In this document: positions 20,443 to 30,606 of the stretch, piece by piece | How positions within the stretch are numbered: position 1 is the first letter of the stretch | Layout of the letters: every line of letters starts with the position of its first letter | Assembly (NCBI GenBank): GCA_026985095.1 | Contig: JALSQW010000056.1 | Span: 7,144-71,143 of the forward strand | Direction of reading: 5' to 3' | Length of the DNA: 64,000 nt | Source: Acidimicrobiia bacterium | GTDB taxonomy: Bacteria > Actinomycetota > Acidimicrobiia > Spongiisociales > UBA5794 | The notes under the pieces: model-generated | Told to the model about the DNA's origin: nothing | What the model saw: only the letters and a program-made list of their open reading frames with translations | Database searches by the model: none | Made by a program: the position numbers and the translations under genes

Positions 20443-21276
20443 ATGAGGATGAGGACCTTGTCGATGATGTGCTGTCTGGCGTTCGTTGCCGCCGCCTGCG
20501 GCGGGGGAGGGACCGGTGCGACGACGACGCTCCCGCTCGCCGCGGCGACCACGTCGTCCACGACGTCGTCGTCCACGACGACGACCACGACACCGCCGGC
20601 GACGTCCACGTCGACGACGTCGTCCACGACGACGTCCAGCACCACGTCGACGACGACGACCACGATGCCGTCCACCACGACGACCACGACGGTCGCGGCC
20701 GCTTGCCCGACGGCACCGGCGATCCCGGTGGGCGCCACGGTGTCGGCGACCAAGAGCATCGACGCGGACGGCGATGCCGCCCTCGATGTGATGACGACCT
20801 ACCTGGTCGGCGCCGATTGGCATCTCCGGGTCGACTTCGGCGCGGGTGGAAGCGCCGACGTCGTCGTCCCGGACGTGTCGCCGCTGACCGGGGCGCTGGC
20901 GCTCGGCGCGTTCGACATCGAGGGTGACGGCACCGGCGAACTGTTCGTGAAGGTCGACGCCGGAGCTCACGCGATCCTCGTGGGGCTCTACGACGTGGAC
21001 GGGTGCGGGCTGGTTCCGATCACGATCGGTGGCGTGCCGGCGGTCTTCCCGGTCGGCGCCTCGGTGGGGAACTTCTCCGGGTTGAACTGCGACGGTTCGC
21101 TGCTGTGGACCTTCGAGGGCACCCTGATCGAGGGTTCCGAAGGGATGTACGAGGCGATGGACATCCCCTACACCCTCGAGGGGCACGTGCTGACCCAGGG
21201 CTTCGGGGACGGCGCGGTGGTGTCGGCCGACGAGATCGGGCCGCTGCTGACCTGCGGAGACGTGGACCTGGGATGA
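20443..21276 (+). CDS. Lipoprotein with Thr/Ser-rich stalk
   Basis: AAAGGA RBS; lipobox 'VAAAC'; long T/S run followed by a globular domain. Confidence 0.8.
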   Translation: MRMRTLSMMCCLAFVAAACGGGGTGATTTLPLAAATTSSTTSSSTTTTTTPPATSTSTTSSTTTSSTTSTTTTTMPSTTTTTTVAAACPTAPAIPVGATVSATKSIDADGDAALDVMTTYLVGADWHLRVDFGAGGSADVVVPDVSPLTGALALGAFDIEGDGTGELFVKVDAGAHAILVGLYDVDGCGLVPITIGGVPAVFPVGASVGNFSGLNCDGSLLWTFEGTLIEGSEGMYEAMDIPYTLEGHVLTQGFGDGAVVSADEIGPLLTCGDVDLG

Positions 21277-21279
21277 TCG

Positions 21280-21684
21280 TCAGGTGATCTTCGGCTCGTC
21301 CCGTCGGGTGGGCTGGGACAGGACGTACCAGGCGATGCCGAGGCCGAGGAGGCCGAGGGCGACCCGCAGGATCGTCGTCTCGTGCGACCACCAGATCGAC
21401 AGGGAGAAGGTGGCGGCGATGCCGACGGTGGCGACGACCTTGGAGCGGACGGTGAAGCCGCGCCCGGAGCGCCAGTCGCGTACGATCCCGCCGAAGAAGC
21501 GGTTGGTGGCCAGCCACCGGTCGAACCGTTCCGACGAGCGGGAGAACAAGAACGCGGCCAGCAGGACGAGGTCGACGGTGGGGATGAGCGGAAGGAACGC
21601 GCCGACGATGCCCACCGCGAGGGCGAGGAAGCCGAGGACGACGAGGAGCGCCCGCAGCGGACGGTTCTGCACGACGGTCGCCAT
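21280..21684 (-). CDS. YbaN/DUF454 family membrane protein
   Basis: 'GIVGAFLPLIPTVDLVLLAAFLFSRSSERFDRWL..NRFFG..VRDW'. Confidence 0.88.
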   Translation of the reverse strand: MATVVQNRPLRALLVVLGFLALAVGIVGAFLPLIPTVDLVLLAAFLFSRSSERFDRWLATNRFFGGIVRDWRSGRGFTVRSKVVATVGIAATFSLSIWWSHETTILRVALGLLGLGIAWYVLSQPTRRDEPKIT

Positions 21685-21732
21685 GGCGCCAGGATACGGG
21701 GGCGGGGGACCGACAGCACGTCGGGGTGGGCG

Positions 21733-22521
21733 GTGACCGGCTGGTTGCGGCGGATCCGGGCGATGGCGGCGCCGCAGGCCCGGACGTCGGGATTCCCGAC
21801 GAGCGGGAACGGCGCGTCGTCGTTCCATCTGTGGTGGTCGGTGCCCTACGGCAGGCTGTTGTCGGCGGCGGCGGTGACGCTGGAGGTCGTCGAGCCGCCG
21901 GTGGTCGACCGTCTCGTCTTCTGGGCCCTGCAGGTGTCGTTCGTCAAACCGGGTGGGGGAGGGGCCCATCTGGGTCTGCAGTGGAACCGGAGGCATCCCG
22001 GCGGGACGGCTGTCAACTGGGGTGGCTACGCACCCGACGGGTCGCTGCTGTCGGGGAGCGACTCGCTGCTGCCGTCGACCCCCGACGATCCGAACACGCG
22101 CGATCTGTCGTGGTGGCCGCGGCGGCCGTACCGGCTGTCGATCGTCCGTGCCGACGAGCAGACGGCCGGAGGCCTGTTCGGGTGGCGGGGGACGGTGACC
22201 GATCTGGAGGCGGGGACCGAGCATGTGGTCCGGGCGCTGTGGAGTCCGGGTGAGTTCCTGCGCGGGCCGGTGACGTGGGTCGAGTCGTTCCAGCGATGCG
22301 ACGATCCGTCGTTCGCGGTGCGGTGGTCCGACGCGGTGGTGGTCGACGACCGCGGCGAGCGTCACCGGGTCGACACGATGTCGGCCGACTATCAGCGGGT
22401 CGAGGCTGGTGGCTGCTCCAACACCGATGCGTCGGTCGATGCCCGGGGGTGGGTGCAGCGGACCAACGTCGAACGGGTGAACGCCCCCGGGAGCCGCCTG
22501 ATGCTGCCCCGGGGCGTGTGA
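21733..22521 (+). CDS. Hypothetical Trp-rich protein
   Basis: Plausible globular sequence ('FWALQVSF', 'GAHLGLQW', 'VNWGGY', 'WVESF'); start approximate. Confidence 0.65.
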   Translation: MTGWLRRIRAMAAPQARTSGFPTSGNGASSFHLWWSVPYGRLLSAAAVTLEVVEPPVVDRLVFWALQVSFVKPGGGGAHLGLQWNRRHPGGTAVNWGGYAPDGSLLSGSDSLLPSTPDDPNTRDLSWWPRRPYRLSIVRADEQTAGGLFGWRGTVTDLEAGTEHVVRALWSPGEFLRGPVTWVESFQRCDDPSFAVRWSDAVVVDDRGERHRVDTMSADYQRVEAGGCSNTDASVDARGWVQRTNVERVNAPGSRLMLPRGV

Positions 22522-22551
22522 CACGCCTGCGGGTAGCATGTGGCCCGCTTC

Positions 22552-22625
22552 GGGCGTTTAGCTCAGTTGGCGAGAGCGCTTCCCTTACAAGGAAGAGGTC
22601 GGCGGTTCGAGTCCGTCAACGCCCA
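22552..22625 (+). tRNA. tRNA-Val (anticodon TAC)
   Basis: Acceptor stem GGGCGTT/AACGCCC, D arm 'TAGCTCAGTTGG', anticodon arm CTTCC-CT-TAC-AA-GGAAG, T arm 'GGTTCGAGTCC'; full CCA not encoded. Confidence 0.97.
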
Positions 22626-22627
22626 CC

Positions 22628-23503
22628 GGGCGGCGGCCGCCTATCGGCAAGGCAACGAAGAGCTCGGCGACGAGATCGTCGATCAGGCGGAGGAGTTGGC
22701 CATCGAGATCGCCACCACCAAGGCACAGCAGACCAACGAGCCGGGGGTGCTGCTGACGTTGGCGGCCCAGGCCCGGAGTCTCGGCCGGCCGGACATCGCC
22801 CAGAGGGTCATCGACAAGGCACTCGAGATCGTCACGGACGACCTGGCGTCGAGGACGGAGGGCGATACGGGCCTCGGGACGCCACCGTTCGATCCGTGCA
22901 CCGCCACCTTGGACGAGGCCCGTGAGTACATCGATGCGGTCGGTCGGGTGTTCATCCTCGGCGGTCACGAGACCACGACGGGCAGGAGGTGTCTCGCCAA
23001 CGTGAGGACGACCTACGAACGGGTGCACGACTATCAGCTCGCGGCCGACGAGTGCGGCAACCTGGTGTTCACGGCTATCGACGAGGTTCCCGGCTGGAGC
23101 GGGCTGATCGCGTTGGAGATGCGCACCTGCGACGCGTCGGGTGTGGACGGGCACGATGACGATCGACGTCACCCTCTCCGCCGGTGGCGGCACGGGTCGT
23201 CAGACGGGCGTCGCCGACGTCGCGGTGACCCTCGAGCTGGGCGACGTGCAGGCCTCGAACGGCATCCAGCTCGACCGCACGATGACCTTCGAGGCCGCAG
23301 GCGAGAGCGTGCAGGTGTCGAATCCGTTGGAGGGGACGATCACCTTCGGGGTCGACGCCCTGAACGCGACGGCCAGAGCCGTCGTGGACTTCCCGAGCTC
23401 GACCGAGACCGTGTCCGCCGAGGGCATGTCGTTCTCGATGCCGGTGCAGGGGATCCGCGCCGAGTTCACCGGCTCCCTCAGCCACGACGGCGAGTGCGGT
23501 TGA
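22628..23503 (+). pseudogene. 5'-truncated, frameshifted gene remnant
   Basis: Protein-like frame begins right after the tRNA with no start codon or RBS; coding character moves to the +1 frame near 23140 ('..MRTCDAS' to 'VWTGTMTIDV..'). Confidence 0.55.
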
Positions 23504-23748
23504 TCCCGGCGGCCGAGGCCCCGAGATCGGTCCCGCCCACTCCCGCCGAGCCGGCCGCACGCTCTGCAGGCCAGAGGACGAGCGTGGACCGCACATGAGC
23601 ATCTTCCGGAAGCCCCGGGATCTCCCCTTCGCCGCGTCCAGGCCCCGAACCTGTTCCTCGGGCGTCCCCGTGAGAGACGTCCCAGCGCCGCGCCTTCTCA
23701 CCAGCGCCCACCTTTCCCTGTCTCGACGGTCATGACATGCGCTCCCTC

Positions 23749-23796
23749 GCGGTCTTCCGGATCCGCGGTCTTCCGGATCCGCGGTCTTCCGGATCC
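23749..23796. repeat. Perfect 16-bp tandem repeat (GCGGTCTTCCGGATCC) x3, intergenic
   Basis: Units at 23749, 23765 and 23781. Confidence 0.9.
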
Positions 23797-23993
23797 GGCG
23801 GCGGATCGGCGGTCCGCGCCACCCGCCGTCGTCCACGACGATGCATCGCCCCGGAGCCTCTCGGAACCCGTCGGCCCCGCCCGGCATGGACCGTCCCTCG
23901 GGGCGAGCTCGCGCCGGCCCCTCCTATCGGGTAGCGTGGAGACGCGAGGGGCCACCCCCTGCGCCCCGCCCGCACGATGAGAGAGGAGTCGAG

Positions 23994-25679
23994 ATGAGAC
24001 GACTGCGATGGTTGGCGTTCCTCGCCGCACTGGCGATGGTCGCCGCCGCATGCGGAGGTTCCGCCCAGCCGACCACCACGACCGGGGCAACCGGCGGTAC
24101 CGAGGGCCCGACGACCACGACCACCACCCGAGCCCCGTCTCCCGACTTCGAGGGCGCCGTCCTCGACGCCGGAGGTTGCGACTACGGCGGCAAGGTCCAG
24201 AAGATCACCGCCGTCGACGAGTTCACGGTCGTCTTCGACCTGTGCAGCCCCGACCCGGCGTTCCTGGCCAAGATCGCCTTCGGCGTCTTCGGCATCCAGC
24301 CCGCCGAGCACCTCGAGGCGACCGGCGGCGCACCGATCACGAACCCGATCGGCACCGGTCCGTACAAGCTCGTCGAATGGGTGCAGGGCGACTCGGTCGT
24401 CTACGAGCGCTTCGACGACTACTACGGGGAGAAGCCCGCCCACAAGACGGCGGTGCTCCGATGGGCCACCGAAGGCGCCCAACGGCTCCTGGAGCTCCAG
24501 ACCGGCAACGTCGACGGGATCACCTTCCCGAGCACCGACGACTATCCGGTCATCGAAGGCGACCCGAACCTCGCCCTCGTCAACAAGCCGGAACCCAACA
24601 TCCTGTACGTCGGGATGACCAACACGTTCAAGCCGTTCGACGACGTGCGGGTCCGCAAGGCCATCGCCCTGGCCATCGACCGGCAGCGGATCGTCGACAC
24701 CTTCTATCCGCCGGGCTCCGAGGTGGCGTCGCACTTCACGCCGTGCTCGGTGAAGTTCGGCTGCGAAGGGGACCCCTGGTACGACTTCGATCCGGCCGAG
24801 GCCAAGAGGCTGCTCGCCGAAGCAGGCTTCCCCGACGGCTTCGCGACGAAGATCGGCTACCGCGACGTGTTCCGCGGCTACCTGCCCGAACCGGGCGCGG
24901 TCGCCCAGGACATCGCCGCACAGCTCGAGGAGAACCTCGGCCTCGACATCACCATCGAGGTGGTCGAGTCGGGTGAGTTCATCCAGACGACGACCCAGGG
25001 CAACTACGAGGGGTTGTACCTCCTGGGGTGGACGGGTGACTATCCGCACATCACGAACTTCCTCGACTTCCACTTCAACGCCGACAACCCGCAGTTCGGG
25101 AAGAACGATCCGTCGTACTACGAGCCGTTGGCAGAGGCCTCCAAGCAGGTCGACCCCGACCCGGCCCTGTACGCCGAGGCGAACAACGCCATCAAGGAGT
25201 TCGTCCCGATGGTGCCGGTGGTCCATTCGGTGACGGCCTTCGCCTACCGTGCCGACGTGAACGGCGCCTACGCACCGCCGTGGGGTCAGGTGCAGTTCCA
25301 CCTCATGGACAACGGCAAGGACACGTTCGTGTTCATGCAAGGCAACGAGCCCATCTCGTTGTACTGCGCCGACGAGTCCGACGGCGAGTCGCTGCGAGCC
25401 TGCGCCCAGGTGGTCGAAGCCCTCTACGACTACGACCCCGCCGGCGAGGTCGTGCCGCAGCTCGCCACCGAGTGCGTCGCCAACGCCGACCTGACCCAGT
25501 GGACCTGCTCGCTGCGGCAGGGTGTCAAGTTCCACGACGGGTCGGACCTCGACGCCAACGACGTGGTGGCCTCCTTCACGGCCGGGTTGGACGCATCCAG
25601 CCCCCTCCACGTGGGCAACTCGGGAGCCTTCGACTACTACTCGTACCTGTGGGACTCGCTCATCGGGGACGAGGGTTGA
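23994..25679 (+). CDS. Peptide ABC transporter substrate-binding lipoprotein (family 5), apparently circularly permuted
   Basis: GAGGAG RBS; lipobox 'VAAAC'; 'PIGTGPYKL', 'VRKAIALAIDR', 'AKRLLAEAG'; the family signature 'LRQGVKFHDG' lies at the C-terminus. Confidence 0.92.
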   Translation: MRRLRWLAFLAALAMVAAACGGSAQPTTTTGATGGTEGPTTTTTTRAPSPDFEGAVLDAGGCDYGGKVQKITAVDEFTVVFDLCSPDPAFLAKIAFGVFGIQPAEHLEATGGAPITNPIGTGPYKLVEWVQGDSVVYERFDDYYGEKPAHKTAVLRWATEGAQRLLELQTGNVDGITFPSTDDYPVIEGDPNLALVNKPEPNILYVGMTNTFKPFDDVRVRKAIALAIDRQRIVDTFYPPGSEVASHFTPCSVKFGCEGDPWYDFDPAEAKRLLAEAGFPDGFATKIGYRDVFRGYLPEPGAVAQDIAAQLEENLGLDITIEVVESGEFIQTTTQGNYEGLYLLGWTGDYPHITNFLDFHFNADNPQFGKNDPSYYEPLAEASKQVDPDPALYAEANNAIKEFVPMVPVVHSVTAFAYRADVNGAYAPPWGQVQFHLMDNGKDTFVFMQGNEPISLYCADESDGESLRACAQVVEALYDYDPAGEVVPQLATECVANADLTQWTCSLRQGVKFHDGSDLDANDVVASFTAGLDASSPLHVGNSGAFDYYSYLWDSLIGDEG

Positions 25680-25702
25680 TCCGAGCCGTAGGAACGGGAT
25701 CG

Positions 25703-25734
25703 GCGGGGGAGGCGTCTTCGGGCGCCTCCCCCGC
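25703..25734 (+). terminator. cUUCGg hairpin between the SBP and permease genes (terminator or mRNA stabiliser)
   Basis: GCGGGGGAGGCGTC-TTCG-GGCGCCTCCCCCGC. Confidence 0.6.
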
Positions 25735-25755
25735 ACCCGCGCGCGTGACCCGCCG

Positions 25756-26835
25756 ATGATCGGCTACGTCGCCCGAAGGATCCTCCTGGCGATCCCGGTC
25801 CTCGTCGGGATCATGCTCGTGGTCTTCTTCCTTATCCGGGCCATCCCCGGGGATCCCTGCACCGCGCTGTTGGGGGAGCGAGCGACCGCCGAAGCATGCG
25901 CCCGCTTCAACGAAGCCAACGGACTGGACCAGCCCATCGTCGTCCAGCTCGGCATCTACATGAAGAACGTCGTCACGTTCAACCTCGGCGAGTCCGTGCG
26001 GTTCTCCCGACCCGTCAGTCAGCTCCTCATCGAACGACTTCCCCTGACCACCGAACTGGCGATGTCGGCCCTCCTCATCGCCGTCACCGTCGGCGTGCCG
26101 TTGGGCATCCTCGCCGCCCGCCGCCACAACACGATCGTGGACACGGCGACGATGGCGTTCGCCAACGTCGGGGTCTCGATGCCGGTGTTCTGGCTGGGGC
26201 TCATGCTCGCCTACCTGTTCGCCCTGGTCCTCGCCGACACGCCGCTGCACCTGCCGCCGTCGGGGCGATTGTCCGCCGGGGTCCTGTCGACGCCCTACTA
26301 CGAGGTGTGGGGATGGAACCTGCAGGAAGGCACCTTCTGGGCCGGACTGAACGAGTACATCTCCAACCACTACATCTTCAACAGCTTCATCACCGCCCAG
26401 TGGGAGGTGTTCGGGGACGCGGTCCGCCACATGATCCTCCCCGCCGTCGCGCTCGCCACGATCCCGCTGTCCATCATCGCCAGGATGACCCGATCGTCCC
26501 TCCTCGAGGTGATGGGCAAGGACTACATCCGCACGGCCCGGGCCAAAGGAGCCTCCGAACGCCAGGTCGTGCGACGCCATGCGCTGCGCAACGCCCTGCT
26601 GCCGGTGGTGACCATCATCGGCCTCCAGCTCGGCCTCCTCCTCGGCGGTGCGGTCCTCACCGAGACGATCTTCAACCTCGCCGGCGTCGGGCGGGCCCTC
26701 TTCGACGCCATCTTGGGACGCGACTACGCCATCGTCCAGGGCTTCACCGTCATCGTCGCCTCCATCTACGTCATCGTGAACCTGCTGGTCGACCTGTCCT
26801 ACGCCTACCTCGACCCGAGGATCAGGCTCGAATGA
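25756..26835 (+). CDS. Peptide ABC transporter permease (DppB/OppB-like)
   Basis: 'PGDP', 'SMPVFWLG', 'DYIRTARAKG', 'YAYLDPRIR'. Confidence 0.95.
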   Translation: MIGYVARRILLAIPVLVGIMLVVFFLIRAIPGDPCTALLGERATAEACARFNEANGLDQPIVVQLGIYMKNVVTFNLGESVRFSRPVSQLLIERLPLTTELAMSALLIAVTVGVPLGILAARRHNTIVDTATMAFANVGVSMPVFWLGLMLAYLFALVLADTPLHLPPSGRLSAGVLSTPYYEVWGWNLQEGTFWAGLNEYISNHYIFNSFITAQWEVFGDAVRHMILPAVALATIPLSIIARMTRSSLLEVMGKDYIRTARAKGASERQVVRRHALRNALLPVVTIIGLQLGLLLGGAVLTETIFNLAGVGRALFDAILGRDYAIVQGFTVIVASIYVIVNLLVDLSYAYLDPRIRLE

Positions 26836-27821
26836 GCACCGAGAACACACCGCGCCGGCCCTCCCTCGCCGCCAAGGCCGCCCTCGTCGAGCAGCTCGAG
26901 ACGCAGGCCGGCGACGTGGGTCGCCTCTACGAGCGGCCTACCAGCCAGTGGCGGCTCGCCGCCCGCCGCTTCCGGGAGCGGAGATCCGGGATGATCGGGC
27001 TCGGCATCGTCGCCACGTTGCTGCTCGTCGCCTTGTTCGCCCCGGTGATCGCACCCTACGAGCCGACCGAGATCCTGATCGGCAAAGAGGACGTCACCCG
27101 CCGGTCGCCTCCATGCGTCCACGTCCTCGGATGCTCCGAAGACCAACCCCAACACATCCTCGGCGTCGACGGGAACGTCAGGGACGTGTTCTCGCGGATC
27201 GTCTACGGCTCCCGGGTGAGCCTCCGCCTCGGGTTCTTCACCGTCACCCTCGCCCTGGTCGTCGGCACCACCCTCGGTGCCATCGCCGGGTATCGGGGCG
27301 GTTGGCTCGACAACGGCATCATGCGCATCATGGACGTCGTTCTGGGTTTCCCCGCCCTGCTGCTCGCCATCGCCATCGTCGCCGTCCTGGGGCCCGGACT
27401 GACGAACGCCCTGATCGCCATCGCCATCGTCACGCTGCCCCAGTACGCCCGGGTGGTTCGGTCTCAGGTCCTCGCCCTCAAGGAATCCGACTACGTGGCG
27501 GCATCGAAGGCCCTCGGCTCCTCCGGGGCCCGGGTCCTGTTCCGCAGGATCATCCCCAACGCCCTCACCCCGCTGGTCGTCCTCGCCACCCTCGGGATCG
27601 CCACCGCCATCCTCGAGGCCGCCGGCCTGTCGTTCCTCGGCCTGGGCGCCCAGCCGCCCACCCCGGAGTGGGGAGCGATGCTCGCGGAGGAACGCAACCA
27701 GGTGTTCACCTCCCCCCACCTCGTGTTCTTCCCCGGCCTGGCGATCATGATCACCGTCTTGGGCTTCAACCTCATGGGCGACGGCCTCCGCGACGCCCTC
27801 GACCCCACCCTGAACGCATGA
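26832..27821 (+). CDS. Peptide ABC transporter permease (DppC/OppC-like)
   Basis: 'RDVFSRIVYGSRVSL', 'LSFLGLGAQPPTPEWG', 'GDGLRDALDP'; ATGA overlap. Confidence 0.95.
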   Translation: MSTENTPRRPSLAAKAALVEQLETQAGDVGRLYERPTSQWRLAARRFRERRSGMIGLGIVATLLLVALFAPVIAPYEPTEILIGKEDVTRRSPPCVHVLGCSEDQPQHILGVDGNVRDVFSRIVYGSRVSLRLGFFTVTLALVVGTTLGAIAGYRGGWLDNGIMRIMDVVLGFPALLLAIAIVAVLGPGLTNALIAIAIVTLPQYARVVRSQVLALKESDYVAASKALGSSGARVLFRRIIPNALTPLVVLATLGIATAILEAAGLSFLGLGAQPPTPEWGAMLAEERNQVFTSPHLVFFPGLAIMITVLGFNLMGDGLRDALDPTLNA

Positions 27822-28852
27822 CCGCCGAGCACCGGCGACCGGACGGCGCTCTCGCGGTCGACGACCCGCCGCTGCTGGAGGTCCACGACCTCCAGACCCA
27901 CTTCTTCACCCGCGACGGTGTCGTCCGCGCCGTCGACGGCATCGACCTCGAGGTGCGACCGGGAGAGGTGCTGGGGCTCGTCGGCGAATCCGGTTGCGGG
28001 AAGTCGGTCACGTCGTTGAGCATCATGGGTCTCGTTCCACATCCGGGCCGGATCATCGCCGGGCGCATCCTCTTCGACGGCGTCGACCTGACCGAGATGC
28101 GAGCCGCGGACCTGCGGCGCTTGCGGGGTGAGCACATGTCGATGATCTTCCAACAGCCGTCCTCGGCGCTCAATCCCGTCCACCGCGTCGGCGCCCAGAT
28201 CAAGGAGGTCTTCGAGCTCCACCGCGACTGGTCCAAGGACGTGGCCGACGAGAAGGTCGTCGAGATGCTGGCGCGGGTGGGCATCCCCGATCCCGCCCGG
28301 CGGGCCCTCGCCTATCCCCACGAGCTCTCCGGTGGGATGGCGCAGCGGGTGATGATCGCCATGGCCCTGGCCTGCGAACCCGAGCTCCTCATCGCCGACG
28401 AGCCGACAACCGCCCTCGACGTCACCATCCAGGCGCAGATCCTCGATCTCATGCGGGAGCTCCAGGCGTCGGAAGGAACCGCCGTCGTCCTCATCACCCA
28501 CGACCTCGGCGTCGTCGCCGAGATGGCCGACCGGGTCGCCGTCATGTACGCCGGCAAGATCGTCGAGGAGGCCGACGTCCGGACCCTGTTCAACGCACCG
28601 CAGCACCCGTACACCCGAGGCCTGCTCGGAGCGATCCCCGTGCTGGGTCAGCCCAAGGCGCGTCTGGCCACCATCCCCGGCGTGGTGCCGTCCCTCGTCG
28701 ACCTCCCGCCCGGCTGCCGGTTCGCCTCGCGTTGCGCGGCTCGGATCGAGAACCGCCTCACCGAATGCACCGAGGCCGAGCCGCCTCTCGTGGAGACCGA
28801 GCCCGGTCATCGGGTCCGCTGCTGGCTGTACGGGGAACCGGCCGATGGATGA
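27818..28852 (+). CDS. Peptide ABC transporter ATP-binding protein (DppD-like)
   Basis: Walker A 'GESGCGKS', 'YPHELSGGM', 'ADEPTTALD', C-terminal Cys cluster. Confidence 0.95.
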   Translation: MTAEHRRPDGALAVDDPPLLEVHDLQTHFFTRDGVVRAVDGIDLEVRPGEVLGLVGESGCGKSVTSLSIMGLVPHPGRIIAGRILFDGVDLTEMRAADLRRLRGEHMSMIFQQPSSALNPVHRVGAQIKEVFELHRDWSKDVADEKVVEMLARVGIPDPARRALAYPHELSGGMAQRVMIAMALACEPELLIADEPTTALDVTIQAQILDLMRELQASEGTAVVLITHDLGVVAEMADRVAVMYAGKIVEEADVRTLFNAPQHPYTRGLLGAIPVLGQPKARLATIPGVVPSLVDLPPGCRFASRCAARIENRLTECTEAEPPLVETEPGHRVRCWLYGEPADG

Positions 28853-29840
28853 ACCGCTCGTCCGGGTCCGGGGCCTCGTCAAGCGCTTCCCCGTCAAGGG
28901 CGGCTTGCTGCAGCGAACCGTGGCCCACGTCGACGCGGTCGCCGGTGTCGACCTCGACATCCCCAGAGGCCAGACGGTCGGGCTCGTCGGTGAGTCCGGC
29001 TGCGGCAAGACGACCCTGGGCCGGATGCTCGTGCGGCTCCTCGAACCCACCGCCGGGACGATCCGGTTCGACGGGACCGACGTCACCCGGCTCGCCGGCA
29101 AGGACCTGCTCGCCTTCCGTCGTCGAGCCCAGATCATCTTCCAGGATCCGTTCGGATCGCTCGATCCCCGCGCCCAGGTGGGCGAGCAGATCGCCGAGGG
29201 TCTCCAGATCCACGGGATCGGCGATCGGGACGAGCGCCGGCAGAGGGTCGGCGAGATGCTCGAGCTCGTCGGACTCAAACGCGACCATGCCGGCCGCTAT
29301 CCGCACGAGTTCTCCGGAGGGCAGCGGCAGCGAATCGGGATCGCCAGGGCGCTCATCCTCCGTCCGGACTTCGTCGTGGCCGACGAGCCGGTGTCGGCCC
29401 TGGACGTGTCCGTCCAGGCCCAGGTCCTCAACCTCCTGCGCGACCTGCAGTCCGAGCTCGACCTCACCGTGCTGTTCGTCGCCCACAACCTGTCGGTGGT
29501 CGAACACGTCGCCGACACCGTCGCCGTGATGTACCTGGGACGGATCGTCGAGATCACCGACCGGGACACCCTCTACCGCCGACCGCTGCACCCCTACACG
29601 GAGGCGTTGTTGTCGGCGATCCCGATCCCGGACCCCGACCGCCCCCGGAACCGGCGCATCCTGCAGGGGGAGATCCCATCGCCCCTCGATCCGCCGGCGG
29701 GCTGCCACTTCCATCCTCGCTGTCCGATCGCCGAGCAGGGTCGCTGTGACGTGGACCGACCCGAGCTGCTCCCGGCTCCCGGCGTCCCGACCCATCTCGT
29801 GGCCTGTCATCTCCGGACCGACCGGGCGGCGACCGTCTGA
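28845..29840 (+). CDS. Peptide ABC transporter ATP-binding protein (DppF-like)
   Basis: 'GESGCGKTT', '[12 protein letters not shown]', '[10 protein letters not shown]', 'GCHFHPRC'. Confidence 0.95.
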   Translation: MDEPLVRVRGLVKRFPVKGGLLQRTVAHVDAVAGVDLDIPRGQTVGLVGESGCGKTTLGRMLVRLLEPTAGTIRFDGTDVTRLAGKDLLAFRRRAQIIFQDPFGSLDPRAQVGEQIAEGLQIHGIGDRDERRQRVGEMLELVGLKRDHAGRYPHEFSGGQRQRIGIARALILRPDFVVADEPVSALDVSVQAQVLNLLRDLQSELDLTVLFVAHNLSVVEHVADTVAVMYLGRIVEITDRDTLYRRPLHPYTEALLSAIPIPDPDRPRNRRILQGEIPSPLDPPAGCHFHPRCPIAEQGRCDVDRPELLPAPGVPTHLVACHLRTDRAATV

Positions 29841-29935
29841 GACGGCGTCGACCCGGAAGGTCGCATCGGGACTTCCCGCCCTACCCGTCGGTCGCCCCAG
29901 GGTGCATCCTCGATGCGGCGACGAAGGGAGATGTC

Positions 29936-30172
29936 ATGGTCGACGAGCTCGGCACCGAGATCGAGGAGCTGTCGCGGATCGTCACGGACCTGGCCAACCT
30001 GATGACCCGGCTCCTCGAAGCACGCGGATCGGCGCTCGCCGTCGAAGCGCAAGAGCTGACCGATCGGGCACGGGCGACCCATCACCGGATCCAGTCCTAC
30101 CGCTACCCGGAGCCCCAACAGGACCGAGCGCGGCCGGTCACCCCTCCCGGGGGGCCGCCCCGGCCACGATGA
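29936..30172 (+). CDS. Small hypothetical helical protein
   Basis: GGGAG RBS; 78 aa, amphipathic. Confidence 0.45.
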   Translation: MVDELGTEIEELSRIVTDLANLMTRLLEARGSALAVEAQELTDRARATHHRIQSYRYPEPQQDRARPVTPPGGPPRPR

Positions 30173-30473
30173 GCTGGACGGACATGAGGTTCTCGAGGAG
30201 GCGCGCGTAGAGGGGGAGGCGACTCGGCGCGCAGCATCCGATCTGGAGCCGGCCGATCTGTGCACCGGCGTTCTCGAGGACGGCGAGCACCGCCGGCGCG
30301 GCCGCCGGGTCGTCCCGCATCGCGGCGAGACGCGACCGGCCGGCGGCCAACGTGTCCGCCAACGCCGCCATCTTCGGGCTGCGCCCCGGTTCACAGCACC
30401 GCGCCTCCAGCTCGGCGACCGCCTCGTCGCAATCGTCGAGCAGGTCGAACGCGGGATCGAGCGCCGTCGTCAT
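30138..30473 (-). CDS. Small hypothetical protein with two CC motifs
   Basis: 111 aa; 'RCCEPGRS' and 'GCCAPSR'. Confidence 0.6.
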   Translation of the reverse strand: MTTALDPAFDLLDDCDEAVAELEARCCEPGRSPKMAALADTLAAGRSRLAAMRDDPAAAPAVLAVLENAGAQIGRLQIGCCAPSRLPLYARLLENLMSVQLIVAGAAPREG

Positions 30474-30606
30474 GGGCGTGCAGCGTAGTGGAGGCACCAC
30501 ACCGAGGGCCACGGCCGGCATGCGCATCGAGCGGTCGCCGGAGACGCGACGGATCCAGCCCGGTCGAGATGATCGCTCCGCCCGGGTCCGAGGGTGCGGC
30601 CGTCGC

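Noticed and set aside
20520..20695. ACG/TCG-rich low-complexity tract as a DNA repeat element
   Set aside because: It encodes the Thr/Ser stalk of a lipoprotein; similar tracts occur in other lipoproteins here.
22540..23598. 352-aa ORF as an intact gene
   Set aside because: Its start reads through the tRNA-Val gene and its last part looks like off-frame translation; treated as a remnant instead.
23749..23796. Possible CRISPR array
   Set aside because: Units are 16 bp, directly adjacent, with no spacers and no cas genes in the window.
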